Assembly: GCF_018350175.1 (NCBI RefSeq)
Contig: NC_058368.1
Coordinates: forward strand, 95,420,001-95,484,000
Reading direction: 5' to 3'
DNA length: 64,000 nt
Source: Felis catus
Taxonomy: Eukaryota
Below, piece after piece: positions 1 to 12,134 of this stretch. The notes below the pieces were generated by a model, which had not been told where the DNA came from, did not search any database, and saw nothing but the letters and a program-made list of their open reading frames with translations. The position numbers were made by a program, and so were the translations under genes. How positions within the stretch are numbered: the stretch's first letter is position 1; each line of letters opens with the position of its first letter.

Positions 1-1134
1 CGAAGCTCCCAGTAACCTGTATTGCATGGAAATGCTTATACTGTCTGGGGTGTGTGTAAGCATGGACATAGACACATTCGTATGTGTGAGAATGAAGACA
101 ATAGTGAAAATCTGCTAGTAGAGAAGAGTGTGAGAAGTAGCCACAAGTCTTGAGAGGAATGTGATAAAAACTAATGTAGCACCAGAAACATGAGCCCAGA
201 GGGGAAAGGGGAAGGGCATCCATGGAAACAAAGCCCAGTGCTCTTGGGCTTAGAGGGTTGAGCTGGCATGTAGTTGACTCCTATGTGACTTAGTAGCTGC
301 CCGATGATGATTCCATCATATTACCTGCATTGGCCGAGGACTTCTGGCTCCCAAATGTTGAGTATTCATACTGATCATAATTTCTCAGACTCGTAGCCCT
401 GGGTGCTTCTGGGCAACACCTTTGTGCTGCCAACCTTGATCTGCTCTTGTCCGTTTCTTGGGAAGAAGGCCACTTGGGGTGGTGGGTATTTCATGCTTCT
501 AACCGAATAAAAATAAAGATGTGGCCTTCTTGGAAGCAAGATGGAATGCATCTTAATGTATACAGCTGCTGAGCTTTGAAAACCCATTCTGAATTTTTCC
601 ACATTCCTGGGTTCTTGCTGTTTTTGTAGATGGTGCTATTAATTTCTTGTGTCATCACGTCTACAAATTAATTACTTATTTAAAAATGTTCTTTGTAAAA
701 TCTTGCACAAATCTCTTATACCTTTTAGATAATGGCTAAGTGGTTTTATTTACTGATAGCATCTGAATCTTGGTTTCCATATTCGAAGACTAGACAATGA
801 CCATAAGAATAAACTGAATGTGTTCAAGTAAGAAAAAATGATACTTAAACCTTATTTTCCAAAGTGCCCAATAATGACTCAAAAAATAATGGATGAGTGT
901 TACTGCTGTGATTTCTACCTAACCTTGTCTTGTCTAACAAACCCTCTGATTTCTCCCTCCTTTTATTCCTAAATGGACCCCATGCCCCCCAGTGCTAAAA
1001 ATTAGATACCCAGAAGCTGAAGAGAAAAAGTTGAGTCCATACCTACTAGAAGTTCCAATAGGAGCTTTACTACTTTCCATGTTTGTCAATATGGCAAGTT
1101 GTTGAGTCTTTGTACCTTGCTTTCCTAACATTGG

Positions 1135-1235
1135 TGGATCATAACAGTCCCTAGTCACTTAGCACTGTTGGGGAACTTAAAACCAATAATACATAGAAAA
1201 TGCTTAGAATGCTTAGTAAAATATTCAGAGGCTAG
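1135..1235 (+). mobile_element. MIR fragment (3' part)
   Basis: Degenerate MIR-like 'aataatacatagaaaatgcttagaatgc...aaatattc' motif. Confidence 0.4.
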
Positions 1236-1260
1236 CTTTGATAATTCTTCAAATAGACTT

Positions 1261-1491
1261 TTTTCTTTTTAAATTTTTAATGGTTTTGAGAGAGAGAGAC
1301 AGACAGACAGACAGAGACAGAGCATGAGCAAGGAAGGGTCAGAGAGAGAGAGGGAGACACAGAATCGGAAGCAGGCTCCAGGATCTGAGTTGACAGCATA
1401 CAGCCCGACGCAGGGGGTGAACCCAAGAACTGTGAGATCATGACCAGAGCCGAAGTCAGAAGCTTAACTGACTGAGCCACCCAGGCGCCCC
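1261..1491 (-). mobile_element. Can-SINE (SINEC_Fc-like)
   Basis: polyT, (GA)n, tRNA-derived head ending ccaggcgcccc; 15-bp TSD tcttcaaatagactt at 1246-1260 and 1492-1506. Confidence 0.97.
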
Positions 1492-3406
1492 TCTTCAAAT
1501 AGACTTCTGTTTAAGTGGGAAACTATAGCGTTGTTTGGCTGTGATGTCATTTTGTATAGAAGAAGCTGGAGCTGGGCAAAAGATGAAATGAATTTGAAGG
1601 ATACACCAAGAAGGGGATGAAAAGAAAAGGCCTATCTTGTATGAGCTAATGGAGAGAAGACTGTCCCAGTTGGTATGCTTTCTCTCTTGGTGCTCATCTA
1701 TGTAGCTCTGCCATTTTGATGACTTTGAAAAAGAATATGTGCTTTGATACAAGGAGGCCTACTGTTGGCCATACCTCTAACAAAAAGTGACTTTGAGCAT
1801 ATGCATTGAACTTGGGGAGTGCTGATTTCTTGCATGTAACCTGGGAAGAGTAACTCAGTAAGAATCAAACATGGCTTGGAAATGCGCCATGAAAACATGA
1901 CCAAGAGCCACCCTTGGTCGGAAGCTTTTTGAGATTCTACCACGAGTAAATGACGGCTGGGTTGGATGTTACAGAGTTCATCTGGTCGTCATGAAGTGAC
2001 TCAGTCACACAAGTTCTACTGTTTCTTGGGAGATTATTTCAAGGAATCTCTCAACTGCAGCCCCCTCCCCTGGCATAGCAGACAACAGCTGTTCAAGAAC
2101 AGGAGACCACAGTCTTGTATTGTGAAAGGGAGGACAGATTTTTGTTTGACTGTAATCCCTGGGGAGTTGAAGGGTGGGTAGAAATTTTTCCAGAGGAGGC
2201 TAATTTCCTTTCCTTGATTCAAAACAGAAAAGCAAAAACAGATTAACAACTCCTACCCATGCCACGACAAAAGAAATTCAATTCGGTCACGGTCCTGGTC
2301 TCCTGGCTACTCATCCTTGGGGCCGTGGCGCTGAGACTCTGAATCACCAACAGATGAGAAGATAATGGCCCTTTTGGAGCAGTTAGGCTCTATCCTGTCC
2401 CAGGCCTTCTGGGGACACTTTCATCCTGTGTTGATAGCACAATATCCTGGAAACGGTTCTTAAGAAATCATCTGAATATATTATTATTACAGAGGTCCCA
2501 TGCTGTAGCAATCCCAGCTCACCTGATGATAAACTTCTCTGACAGAGATGAAAAATTATTTCAGGGAACAGAAAATAGTATGATGCTGCAGAATAGTTTG
2601 TCCCTCCCCACCCCACCCCCAGAACTTGAAGAGAGCCCTGAGCATGCATGAGAGACGTGTCTCTTGTGACACCTCATTGGGAAGACACTAGCTATTGTGA
2701 ATATTCTTGTTGAAGAGCTAAAACCAGAAGACTTGCTTCCTTTTTTCTTTTCTTTTTTCCTTTTTCTGGGCTTTTCTAGTACCTCCTAGAAATGACCAAC
2801 TGCTTTACATTAAAATCTTAGAAAAACAACTTGCCTTTGGACAGGTCCTGGGTTTTCTGTGATGTGTTTGTGTAATTTTTTCCGTTAACAGGTTCAAGCG
2901 TTTTGGGTATTTCAGCATTAAAGGGAGATGAATGGAAGTTTAATTCAATAAACCGCATAGGATTAAACCCAATATCCGAAGTGAGGTGCTGCGGGCAAGG
3001 GTCTTGCCTTTCCTGCTCTTCTCCCAAGCTCCGAATTGGCTTCTCTTCGGACGAAATTATTTGTAGATCCCTTGGTATCCAAGGTGGCCTATTTGATCCA
3101 TCTTTGTTTCTGTTAAGGTCTGTGCCTGGCTGAAGGGCTTTCTGAAAAATGTGAAGAAATGCTCTTTCTGACCACACACACACAGACACAAATGGAAACA
3201 AAAGCATTCCCTGTTCCAGCTGAAAGAACCATTTTTTCCCTATTGAGAGGACAAGTTAGGAAACAGCGGAATAGGGAGAATGAAATGATGAAGGTGGGGG
3301 GGGGGCGCGGGTGTTGGGGTGGGGAGTGTGGCTAAGAAGTCAGAGAAAGGAATCCCTAGATAGGAAGTTAAATGTATATACAAGAATTAGCAAGTTCAAA
3401 GAAATG

Positions 3407-3438
3407 GTGTGTGTGTGTGGTGGGGGGGGGGGGGGGGG
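3407..3438 (+). repeat. (GT)n followed by poly-G run
   Basis: Directly visible; a second G-run lies at about 3295-3305. Confidence 0.9.
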
Positions 3439-4233
3439 ACAAGTTACAGCAGGAAGAAGGAATAAGCAGAATAAACTCTACATGCAAGAATGGACGAATT
3501 TGAGGAAAAACAATTCAGCAATGGGTACAATACTATGAGAAAACAATGATACGAAAGAAGAATGCCCTCTTCAGATGCACTAGGTCCTCTATCCAAGAAT
3601 GAGAAAACTCCCAAATAAGTAATTAGGAATGAGAAATGTGTAATACCTACAGCTGGAGCAGAGGTGAAAAATGGAAACACGAGTGGGCTAATTTATATGA
3701 ACTTGGCTGAAAGACTCCTTTTCTAGGAAGACAGGAATTAAGAAAAATCAAGAACAGTTAAGCCTGAAGAGACCAATAATAATGAAAGGGATGAAAACAC
3801 TAAAACCCTTAACGACCAGAATACACTGCATTTCAGAGAAATTCTTGTGAACCTTTGAACAACAAAATCTTAATTCTACTCTTAGGGTTTTACTTGGGTT
3901 GGTTTCCTCCCCTCCCTTCCCACACTCCCACTCCCTCCCACCCCTCCCCTTCCCCTCCACACCTTATTTCCACCAAGCTAGGCTTTATCTTGATAAAATG
4001 AAGAACTGTCTTTTCACACACAAAACCAATGTTCAGGCTTAAGAATAATCTATAAAGTAAGTCTAAATAGGAAACTTTTAACTAGAATTGGAGGAAAAAA
4101 ATGCCAATCCTAATCAAGTACAGTGTGTTGCAACTTGAGTGGTTCCATGTGTAAACACTCCACCAAGAAGCTTCCAGAGTTCCTATCAGTTTATGGACTG
4201 AACAGGCACAGGCTCGAATGTGGCTGGAAGCCT

Positions 4234-4713
4234 TGTTGACCAAGAAAATAAACTGAAATTTGAAGCAAACAAGCATTGACTTGGGCAATTAGAATTGAAA
4301 TTCCAGAGAAAACAGGTTGAGATAGAAATCTCAATAATATTCCCCGGGAGACAAAGAGGGGTCAGAGATACAGAGGTGAAAGGTCATGAGTGCACGTCTT
4401 ATATAGGTCCTCTGTACAAAATAGGGATGGAAGGTATGTGAACTGGGATTGGCTGAGTTAGTATGCAAATGAGGATTAAAACTTGTTAAACTGGATAGGC
4501 TTCTTGTGAAGAAGGTGGGTAATCTAGTTGCTATGGTGAGGAGGGGGTCCAGTCCAGGCTGATGGCCGCAGGGGGCGGGGTAAGCTCATAATGTTGAGAC
4601 GTGTCTCTGATGAGGACATGTACAAATTGCTCCTTTCTTAGGGTCTCCCAATCATATTTTAAAAAGGACCCGTAGCTAGGTTTGCTGGCTCCATTTGAAG
4701 TCTTTGTACAACA
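4234..4713 (-). mobile_element. Solo LTR, probably ERV1-class
   Basis: TGTT...AACA termini, about 480 bp; minus strand carries CCAAT then TATATAA, followed by an LTR-like U5 ending ttggtcaaca; no PBS downstream. Confidence 0.6.
4399..4580 (-). promoter_or_regulatory. LTR promoter motif series: GC box, octamer, CCAAT, TATA
   Basis: gggggcgggg 4571-4580; atgcaaat 4463-4470; attgg 4448-4452; ttatata 4399-4405. Confidence 0.5.
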
Positions 4714-4778
4714 TAACAGTATCCATAAATTAAATGAAATCACTATGTGTAATTTACCAATTGGACTCGGCTGCGTAC

Positions 4779-5130
4779 AGTTAAAGTAACTGAACAAGGA
4801 GGCCCTTAGGCTGGGGTGGCTCTGTAGACTTGGTACCCTAATAGAAGCAAACCACAGCCTAAACCAGAGTCTGTTCACCCTACCTGGAGAAAAGTCCACT
4901 GAAGAACGACGTATCACAGAGAGCCAATGAGACCTCTTCCAAATAAGGCAACCGGTGAACCTATAGGCAGTCAGAGAATTCAGGTGGTTTGTTTCTACCT
5001 CTTCCCCATTGAAAACGTCTCTCTTACTCAGGTCCGTGGAGGGCTCCTGACCACCTGAGGTGTAGCCCTGCAACCCATGAATTGAAGAATACACTGAAGC
5101 ACATTAAGTCTTTGACTTTATCTTTGAGCG
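4779..5130 (+). mobile_element. Solo LTR, ERV1 MER4-group-like (MER57/MER90-like)
   Basis: Recalled consensus motifs 'gttaaagtaact..ggaggcccttaggctg.ggtggctc', 'aagcaaacc', 'ccaatgag', 'ccaaataaggcaa'. Confidence 0.6.
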
Positions 5131-6064
5131 TTTGATGATCTCTTCCTCTGAGAAGGAAGAATGATAACTGAAGCCATCTTGAGGCCAGTTTATTCCAAGC
5201 TGAGTAATGCCAGGTACAAGAGACCTTTGTTTGAGCCACTTGTGCAGCAATCCCAGGAAAGCACACTGGTCTTGGTGTGTTGAATGCTCACTTCTGTCTG
5301 GTTGGATGCCCTCAATTGTCTTTTGAAGTTGGTCTCTGTGCCCTTGAATCTTGCCGATGATTGAGTGTGCCACTGAAGTAACATGGAATGGGGGTCACGT
5401 AACCCCTCAAAGAAAGGAATGCTGGTGAGTCATCACTCTGGGTCTCTTACCTAAGGTTCATTCGAGGAATGAAAGTGTGGTTCCATATTATTAAAAGTTT
5501 ATTATGATTTTAATGTAGTGATCGTTCAGAAGAGAACAAGTAGACCAGTTCTTTCGATGTCAGGAATGCATATAACCTAATGGAATGTCCATTTTCAAAG
5601 CATTTTTAATTGAAATATTAACTGAAGAATTCATCATTAAAAAAAATAGGCATCTCAAACTAATGTGTAGCATGGAGCTTAGTGGTGACAGTAAGTAGCC
5701 TGAGAAGACAGTTTGTGATTAGCGCCGTGACTTACAAGTGTTCTGGGGATGGTTGCTAACGTGCTTAGATACTATAACGACCAGACAGGTGATCTGTGTG
5801 GAGAGAAAAGTGATGGCTATGTCAAATGAAAGGATCAAATGAAAGTTTGTTGGATCTTGTAACAGTTGTCCCATTTCACTGACGTCTTACTTATCCCAAA
5901 GTCTTCATACAAGCTAGAGATACTCAGTGTGTGGTTTCCAGAGCCCTGGGGTATGTCAGGACACTTGGACAGGGATCTGAACACTTGACAAAGTAATACT
6001 AAGGCCTTGTTTGCAATTTGCACTAATGGTACAAAAGTGAGGGTGTATAAAAATGGCTAACATA

Positions 6065-6277
6065 GGGGCGCCTGGGTGGCTCAGTCGGTTAAGTGTCCAA
6101 CTTTGGCTCAGGTCATGATCTTGCAGTTCACATTTTTGAGCCCTGTGTCAGGCTCTGTGCTGACAGATTGGAACCTGGAGCCTGCTTCAGATTCTGTGTC
6201 TCCCTCTCTTTTGCCCCTCCCTCACTTGCACTCTGTTTCTCTCTTTCCCTCTCCCTGAAAAATTAATAAAACATTAG
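6065..6277 (+). mobile_element. Can-SINE
   Basis: ggggcgcctgggtggctcag head, CT-rich region, aataaa tail; TSD aaa(a/g)tggctaaca. Confidence 0.97.
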
Positions 6278-6732
6278 AAAAGTGGCTAACACAATCACAC
6301 TAGTATGTACTCAACATCTAAGAAATGGCTATTTTCACTTAAGACTGTTCTGAGAATGCAGTTTGAATGCTGAATTGGATGAAATCTAGACACATAAGTA
6401 AATATATTCCGTATTGTGTGACAAAGTGCAAAGGGCACATGAACATTTATACTGCATGTAAAGTGTAACGGATTTCCTGAAGGAAACAGTTTTTTTTTTT
6501 TTTTTTTTTTTTTTGGTGAGAGTGTGGCTTTTTTTTTTTTTTTGAGTTGTGAGCTGAACTAGCTGCTTTTTTCATCAAATGCCATTTTTATTGAATATGA
6601 CTAACCATGGTAATTGGGACCTGGGTTTTTGGCAGGAATTGTATCAACATTGAATGAAATAAGCCTATCACTTCAAGAAAAACATCTGACAGTATTGGTT
6701 GCCAATGATAAAACTTAAGCTTTCAAATGAAG

Positions 6733-6736
<4 letters not shown>

Positions 6737-6765
<29 letters not shown>
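6737..6765. repeat. (TA)n microsatellite
   Basis: Directly visible. Confidence 0.95.
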
Positions 6766-6770
<5 letters not shown>

Positions 6771-7007
6771 ATTTTTTTTTTTAAACTGGAATCTGTCACT
6801 GTGAGCTTGTTTCCAAATACTCTGTTCTAGGAGACGGGTAGTACTACTAACCAGTGCACCTTTACTGATAATGGGTAATGTAAAAGGTCAATGCTGAGGT
6901 TTGCATTGGAACTCAGGGATTTAATACTTTCCAAGAAGCCAGTGCATGACTTAGAGAATGTCAGGCGTCTGCCGAGTTTATTTCAAAGTGTAAGATCAAC
7001 CAAAGGA

Positions 7008-7009
<2 letters not shown>

Positions 7010-7054
<45 letters not shown>
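7010..7054. repeat. (GT)n microsatellite
   Basis: Directly visible. Confidence 0.97.
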
Positions 7055-7061
<7 letters not shown>

Positions 7062-8997
7062 CATGACAAATTAAATTCTAATTTGGAAGCTTAAAACCAT
7101 AGAAATTATTGTATGGAAATGATCCCTTGTGTGCTTTTACAGGGGAATCAAAAAAAAAAAACCACACTTCAAGGTATTAATAGACTGCATTTCCAATTAA
7201 AACTTCTCATAAGCGTGTGTGTATCTTCCTCTCCTTCCACCAAAACAACTTGATGACACAAACTGAATTTGGAAGCAAATAGGAGAGTACAATAGAAGAT
7301 ATTTTCTAAGGCAAGTATCAGAGACACTTAAGAAAAAATGTCCACAGTAAAGCAATGTCTCACTTCTGACCATTTTCATTTGGAATACACACTGTTCCAA
7401 AAACACTTGTGATCACATTGGCTAGTAGCTGTAATATGTGAACACGCTTTGAAAATGACATTGAATTTCAGATGTGGGAAATGGTCAACCGCTAGCATGG
7501 GTTAATCCCTCAGTTAGAAAATTTCCCTGCCAACGACACCTCTCCCAGATCGGACTCCATGTTTCAGATCTCCATGGGGACTGACAAAAGGTCCCCAGTT
7601 TCCCACACGGGTTATGCTGCTGGCAGAGAGCTCCCTTGAGGCCCTGGGTTTATCCTTGGTGTTCTACTGACCCTCCTTCAGTGCGGTGATCCTTGCTGCT
7701 GCCTTCTCACTGACTCAAGGTGGCATTTTCCTGGGCTTCCTAAGAGCCAGAGAGGGCTTTTGGATTTAGTATGAAAATCTGGAGCAGAAGGCAGTGATTC
7801 ACTTGTTTAATTAAATTGTGGACCTTTCTAGAGTATATGGGTTCAGATTGGAAATGTCGTTGAACTGCCAAATGACAATGCTAGGGATTATCTTCCTTGA
7901 TGGACCTCTTCCACCCTCCCTTACTCTGCCGTTGATCACAAAGCTCTCTTCCTGTTCCCCTCTACCCTCAGCACTATTGCCACCTGTATGGTAGGATACT
8001 GTGGTATAAAAAAGTCTTCCTCATCACCATGGAGTCAGACCAGTAGATGGAACATTCTGGATTACAGACTATAGCTTTATACCTTCTCTACTTAGAAAAG
8101 TAAAGGTGACTTAGCAACTGAGGCTAAGTCAGTTGAGGCTCTTGAAAGGATTCTGCGCCATCAGTTTTCTTACTAAGCTTCTTGGATTGCGGAGCCGAGG
8201 GCTCTCCCACTCTGGAGAAGCCCTTGAGAAAAATTAACCTGGATAGACCTCTTCTGAGGTTGGGTGAGCACAGCCCCTCCAGGAATAAAAGTCTGACTTA
8301 AAAGTAGAATGAAAACAGACCAAGAACAAAGGCATCGTTAACGTCGAGTTGAAGAAATAATTCATAAAGCTGAGTCCCGTCACTTCTCATGGGTAAACTA
8401 TTTCCTTTTATAAATTTTGGTCACCTTGGTGTACATTAGTATCCAGGAATCAACCAGCGTAATTTTTTTTACGTGGTAAGATTTTCAACACCATTAGTCC
8501 CATGAGTTCAAAATGCTGCAAACTTCAAAGTGTATCCATAGCTACATCGTTATTCCTTCGAGCCAGCCTTGCCCAGTAGCCCACAAACTTCCCACCCTCT
8601 CAGTAGGGGAGCAGTAGTTAGAGACGCCACATAGAAATTCTCATCCACTTGGCAAGGTGCCGCCTCCTGTGGCTGTACAAAGAAATCTAAAAACTCATTA
8701 AATAGTCTGGAAAATACATCAAACACTCAACAATGTTTTTTTTTTTTTTCCTATGATTTGTATAGGAACAAATCACAACATAAAGGTTAAATTTCTCCCC
8801 AAATGTGTATTACTGGAACTCAATGAAAGGCTAGTATATGGCACAGAGAATTTGGCTCTATAGAATGGCTCTATAGAATTTCTATTTCAAGTATCCTTTA
8901 TGAAAGCTCACTATTGTCTGTTCTCATCTGAAAATATTCGAACTTTTAAAGTCCATCCATTAAATTATTAGTCTGTCTTCCTCTCAGAAAAATGAAG

Positions 8998-9830
8998 GTA
9001 TAAAATCAATGGGCAAACATTTACTGTTTCTATACACCAATAATTATTGGAGAAATCGAGGAAACAATCCCATTTAAAATCGCCTGAGAAAGAATAAAAT
9101 GCCTGGAGGAAAGGAAAAAATACCTAAGGAGGTGAAAGATCTGTACTCTGAACTGTAAGCTGCAGATGAAATTGAACACAAAAATAAATAGAAAGATATC
9201 CTGGTGTCTTGGAGTGGAAAAGTTGATACCAGGGAAATGTTTCTACCACCCAGAGCAATTGACAGCTTCAAGGTCATTCCTAACAAAACTGTAGTAGCAC
9301 TTTTCACCGAAATCGAAGAATCTTAAAACTTGTGTAGGACCATGAAAGATAGTAAATGGTCAAAATAATATTGAGGAAAAAAAATTGGAGGCCTCACACT
9401 TTGGTCAAACTCTATTGCAAAGCTAAAATAATGAAAACATGAAGGTACTGACATAGAAATAGAAACACAGATCAGTGAAACATGATAGCCCAGAAATAAA
9501 AACCCTCTTGCATGGTCAATTTATGACAAAGGAAGCAAGAACATACCATGGTGACTGACCATCCCTTGAATAAACAGTGTTCAGAAAACTGGACACTATC
9601 TTCCAGCATACCCCAAAATCAACTCAAAATAGATTAAAGACTTGAACATTAGACCTGAAACCATAAAACACCCAGAAGAAAATGGGGAAGTGAGCTTCTC
9701 GAGATACGCCCTGGTGATGTTTTTTCTTTTGAAACTTGATGCCAACAACGTAAGCAAAAATAGACCAGTGGGTCTGTATCAAACTAATCTTTAAAAACTA
9801 GAAACAGAACTGCCGTGTGATTCAGCAATA
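8998..9830 (+). mobile_element. LINE-1 ORF2 fragment (decayed)
   Basis: Canonical L1 motifs 'aaacaatcccattta', 'aaggaggtgaaagatctgtactctgaa', 'aaaatcaactcaaaatagattaaagacttgaa..tagacctgaaaccataaaa'. Confidence 0.92.
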
Positions 9831-9935
9831 TAGGTAAACTCCTATTTTCCCCCTTTGTCTTTCATGTTCATTTCAAATGCTTGCTAAGCCTTTCAATGCC
9901 AATTTCTCTTTTTTTTTTTTTTTTGCATCTTGCGC

Positions 9936-10127
9936 TTTTTTTTTTTTTTTTTTTTTTAATAGATTGTCATGTTGGCTAACATACAGTGTACCCAGTGTGC
10001 TCTTGGTCTTGGGGAAGATTCTCATGATTCATCGCTTACACACAACACCCAGTACTCCTCTCAACGAGTGCCCTCCTCAGTGCCCATCACCCATTTTCCC
10101 CTCTCTCCCTGCCCCCATTGACCCTGT
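9936..10127 (-). mobile_element. Carnivore/felid L1 3' end, 5'-truncated
   Basis: polyT then 'acaacacccagt.ctc...gtgccctcctca.tgcccatcaccca', typical of carnivore L1 3'UTR. Confidence 0.85.
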
Positions 10128-10691
10128 TTTTCTAAATTGGAATTTCCACAGAATGCAGTGTCATCATAACCTGGGTTGTGGAGTAAATATTTTCTGTGAA
10201 CTTGTGTTAGTTTTTAAGAGTATTTAAAAATCAAGCCTTGAACAATCAGGTTCAGTGTCCTGAGTGATGCTTGGAATAGTGGTCGTTAAGTGGAATATAC
10301 ATCAGTGACCTGTACTGCATGAGTGATCTGAACCATTTTGCTTAGTACTTTCAAGGCTTCAAGATCTTCTTTCATACAAGTCTAAACACTTGGCAGAAGG
10401 GATAGTGAGGGAGAGATCTGGGACTTGTAATTTTCCAGTCACTGATTTGGAGATCACATTGTAGAAATCCTAAGTTGCCCCAATTATGTGTAGTGTAGAA
10501 ACAACACATGGAATAACACTGAAGGTTTGTTGCCCAAACTTGGCGTCACACTATGTACAGTGGAGTAAACTGAGGCTCCCAGGTTGACTTTGTTCTGGAT
10601 AACTAGAGCTCATGCACATGGGTCCTCATTATCTCTCTGCCAAAATTTAGATGGGATTCTGTGTATACTAAAAGGAAAACACAAATACAGG

Positions 10692-10730
10692 TTTTTTTTT
10701 TTTGTTTTGTTTTTTTGTTTTTGTTTTTTT
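10692..10730. repeat. T-rich (GTTTT)n
   Basis: Directly visible. Confidence 0.85.
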
Positions 10731-10935
10731 CAGTTCAGTATTTCTTTCTCATTGATTTGATCGAGGTCAAATTGTGACCAAATGGTTTGATGTCTTAATC
10801 TTCTTAGAGTGTTAGGATGATGTCTGATCTGTCCGAGCTCCCTTGTTACTGAACATGTAGGAAGCTGAACACAGCTCTTGAGAACTTTCTGCCTTGAAAG
10901 GAGCTTAATCAAGCACAAGTCAAAATAGAAGTCCT

Positions 10936-11216
10936 GGGCTGCCTGGGTCGCTTAGTTTTTGAGTGGCTGAATTCTTGATTTTGGCTTAGGTCATGATCCC
11001 TGGGTGGTGGGATCCAGCTTCACATGGGGCTCTGCACTGAGCATAGAGCCTGCTTAGGATTTCTCTCTTCCTCTCTCTCCCTTCCTCTCTCTCTTTATCT
11101 CTCTCTCTCTCTCTCTCTCTTTCTCCCTCCCTCCCTCCCTCCCTCCCTCTCCCCCTCCCTCCCTCTTTCTGCCCCTTCCTGACTCGCATGCTCTTCTTTC
11201 CTCCCAAATTAAAAAA
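10936..11216 (+). mobile_element. Can-SINE (older subfamily) with expanded CT/CCCT tract
   Basis: Diverged head gggctgcctggg..., 'gagcctgcttaggattt', long pyrimidine tract. Confidence 0.92.
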
Positions 11217-11549
11217 GTCACATGAGAGTGTTTCCGTGACTCTTGCGAGTAGCAGGTTGGATGCGGTAGTTTTGGGCATGGACAACATAATAGAACAAAT
11301 CAGTCAGACCAACCCAAGAGGTGGAAGGTCATGAGAGCAATGGCTCTAGATGACCTCACTAGCAACAGGGTTTGCTGGGCAAGAAATGAAGTTAATAGTG
11401 TTTGAGGGCTTGGTTTGGGGGTGGTAAGCCTTAATAGCAACACTTATTTTGGAAGAATTCATTTAGGATTCTACTGAAGACAAGAAAAGACCACTTCCCT
11501 CTGACTGGCATGCTATCTGTCCTTCAAAGACTGGGTGATATTAAAATCA

Positions 11550-11766
11550 TTTTTTTTTTAACGTTTACTTATTTTTGGAAGAGAGAGAAACAGAGACAGA
11601 GTGCGAACGGGGGAGGGGTAGAGAGGGAGACACAAAATCTGGAGCAGGTTCTAGGCTCCGCGCTGTCAGCACAGAGCCCGATGTGGGGCTCAAGCCCACG
11701 AACCCATGAGATCATGACTTGAGAATAAAGTCGGATGCTTAACCAGTTGCACCACCCAGGCTCCCC
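11550..11766 (-). mobile_element. Can-SINE
   Basis: polyT, GA-rich region, head ccacccaggctcccc. Confidence 0.96.
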
Positions 11767-12086
11767 TGGTTGATGTTTTTAAATGCAGTTTGACCTTAAC
11801 TTCCTTCTGGCTAATGACCCTCTTAAAAGAACACCTGTTTGCTTGAAATTTCTCACCCAACCCCTTTTTCTCCTTTGCATCACCATTGCCAGCCTAGGAA
11901 AAGGTATGCCCAGCTGTGGCTGACCATCCTCTGACATCTCAGGGATGCTCTGGTGTCGCGGGGCTCTGAGCCACTAACCACATGCAGGAAGGAAAATGCT
12001 GAGGGTACATAAGTGTGGGGTGGGGGTGGGGGAGGATCATTTTCAAATCAGCATACCAATAATTTATAAAAGCTTAAAGAACCAGG

Positions 12087-12134
12087 TGTTTTGTTTTTGT
12101 TATTGTTTTTTTTGTTTTGTTTTGTTTTGTTTTT
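12087..12134. repeat. (GTTTT)n
   Basis: Directly visible. Confidence 0.85.

Larger units (their letters stand above)
6385..7390 (+). mobile_element. Charlie1-like hAT transposon, decayed transposase 3' region
   Basis: Matches recalled Charlie1 'gagttgtgagctgaactagctgctttttt', 'cacttcaag.aaaaca.ctgacagtatt.gttgccaatgataaaa', 'accaaaacaac'; interrupted by microsatellites. Confidence 0.85.

Noticed and set aside
4531..5094. Longest ORF (187 aa, minus strand) as a viral or novel gene
   Set aside because: Runs across two oppositely oriented LTR-like elements; no recognisable gag/pol/env or other domain; length is compatible with chance
5104..5373. 89-aa ORF next to the LTR as ERV internal sequence
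   Set aside because: No primer-binding site after either LTR and no retroviral motif recognised
6065..6140. tRNA genes (A/B box-like sequences)
   Set aside because: They are the tRNA-derived heads of SINEs and continue into the SINE body
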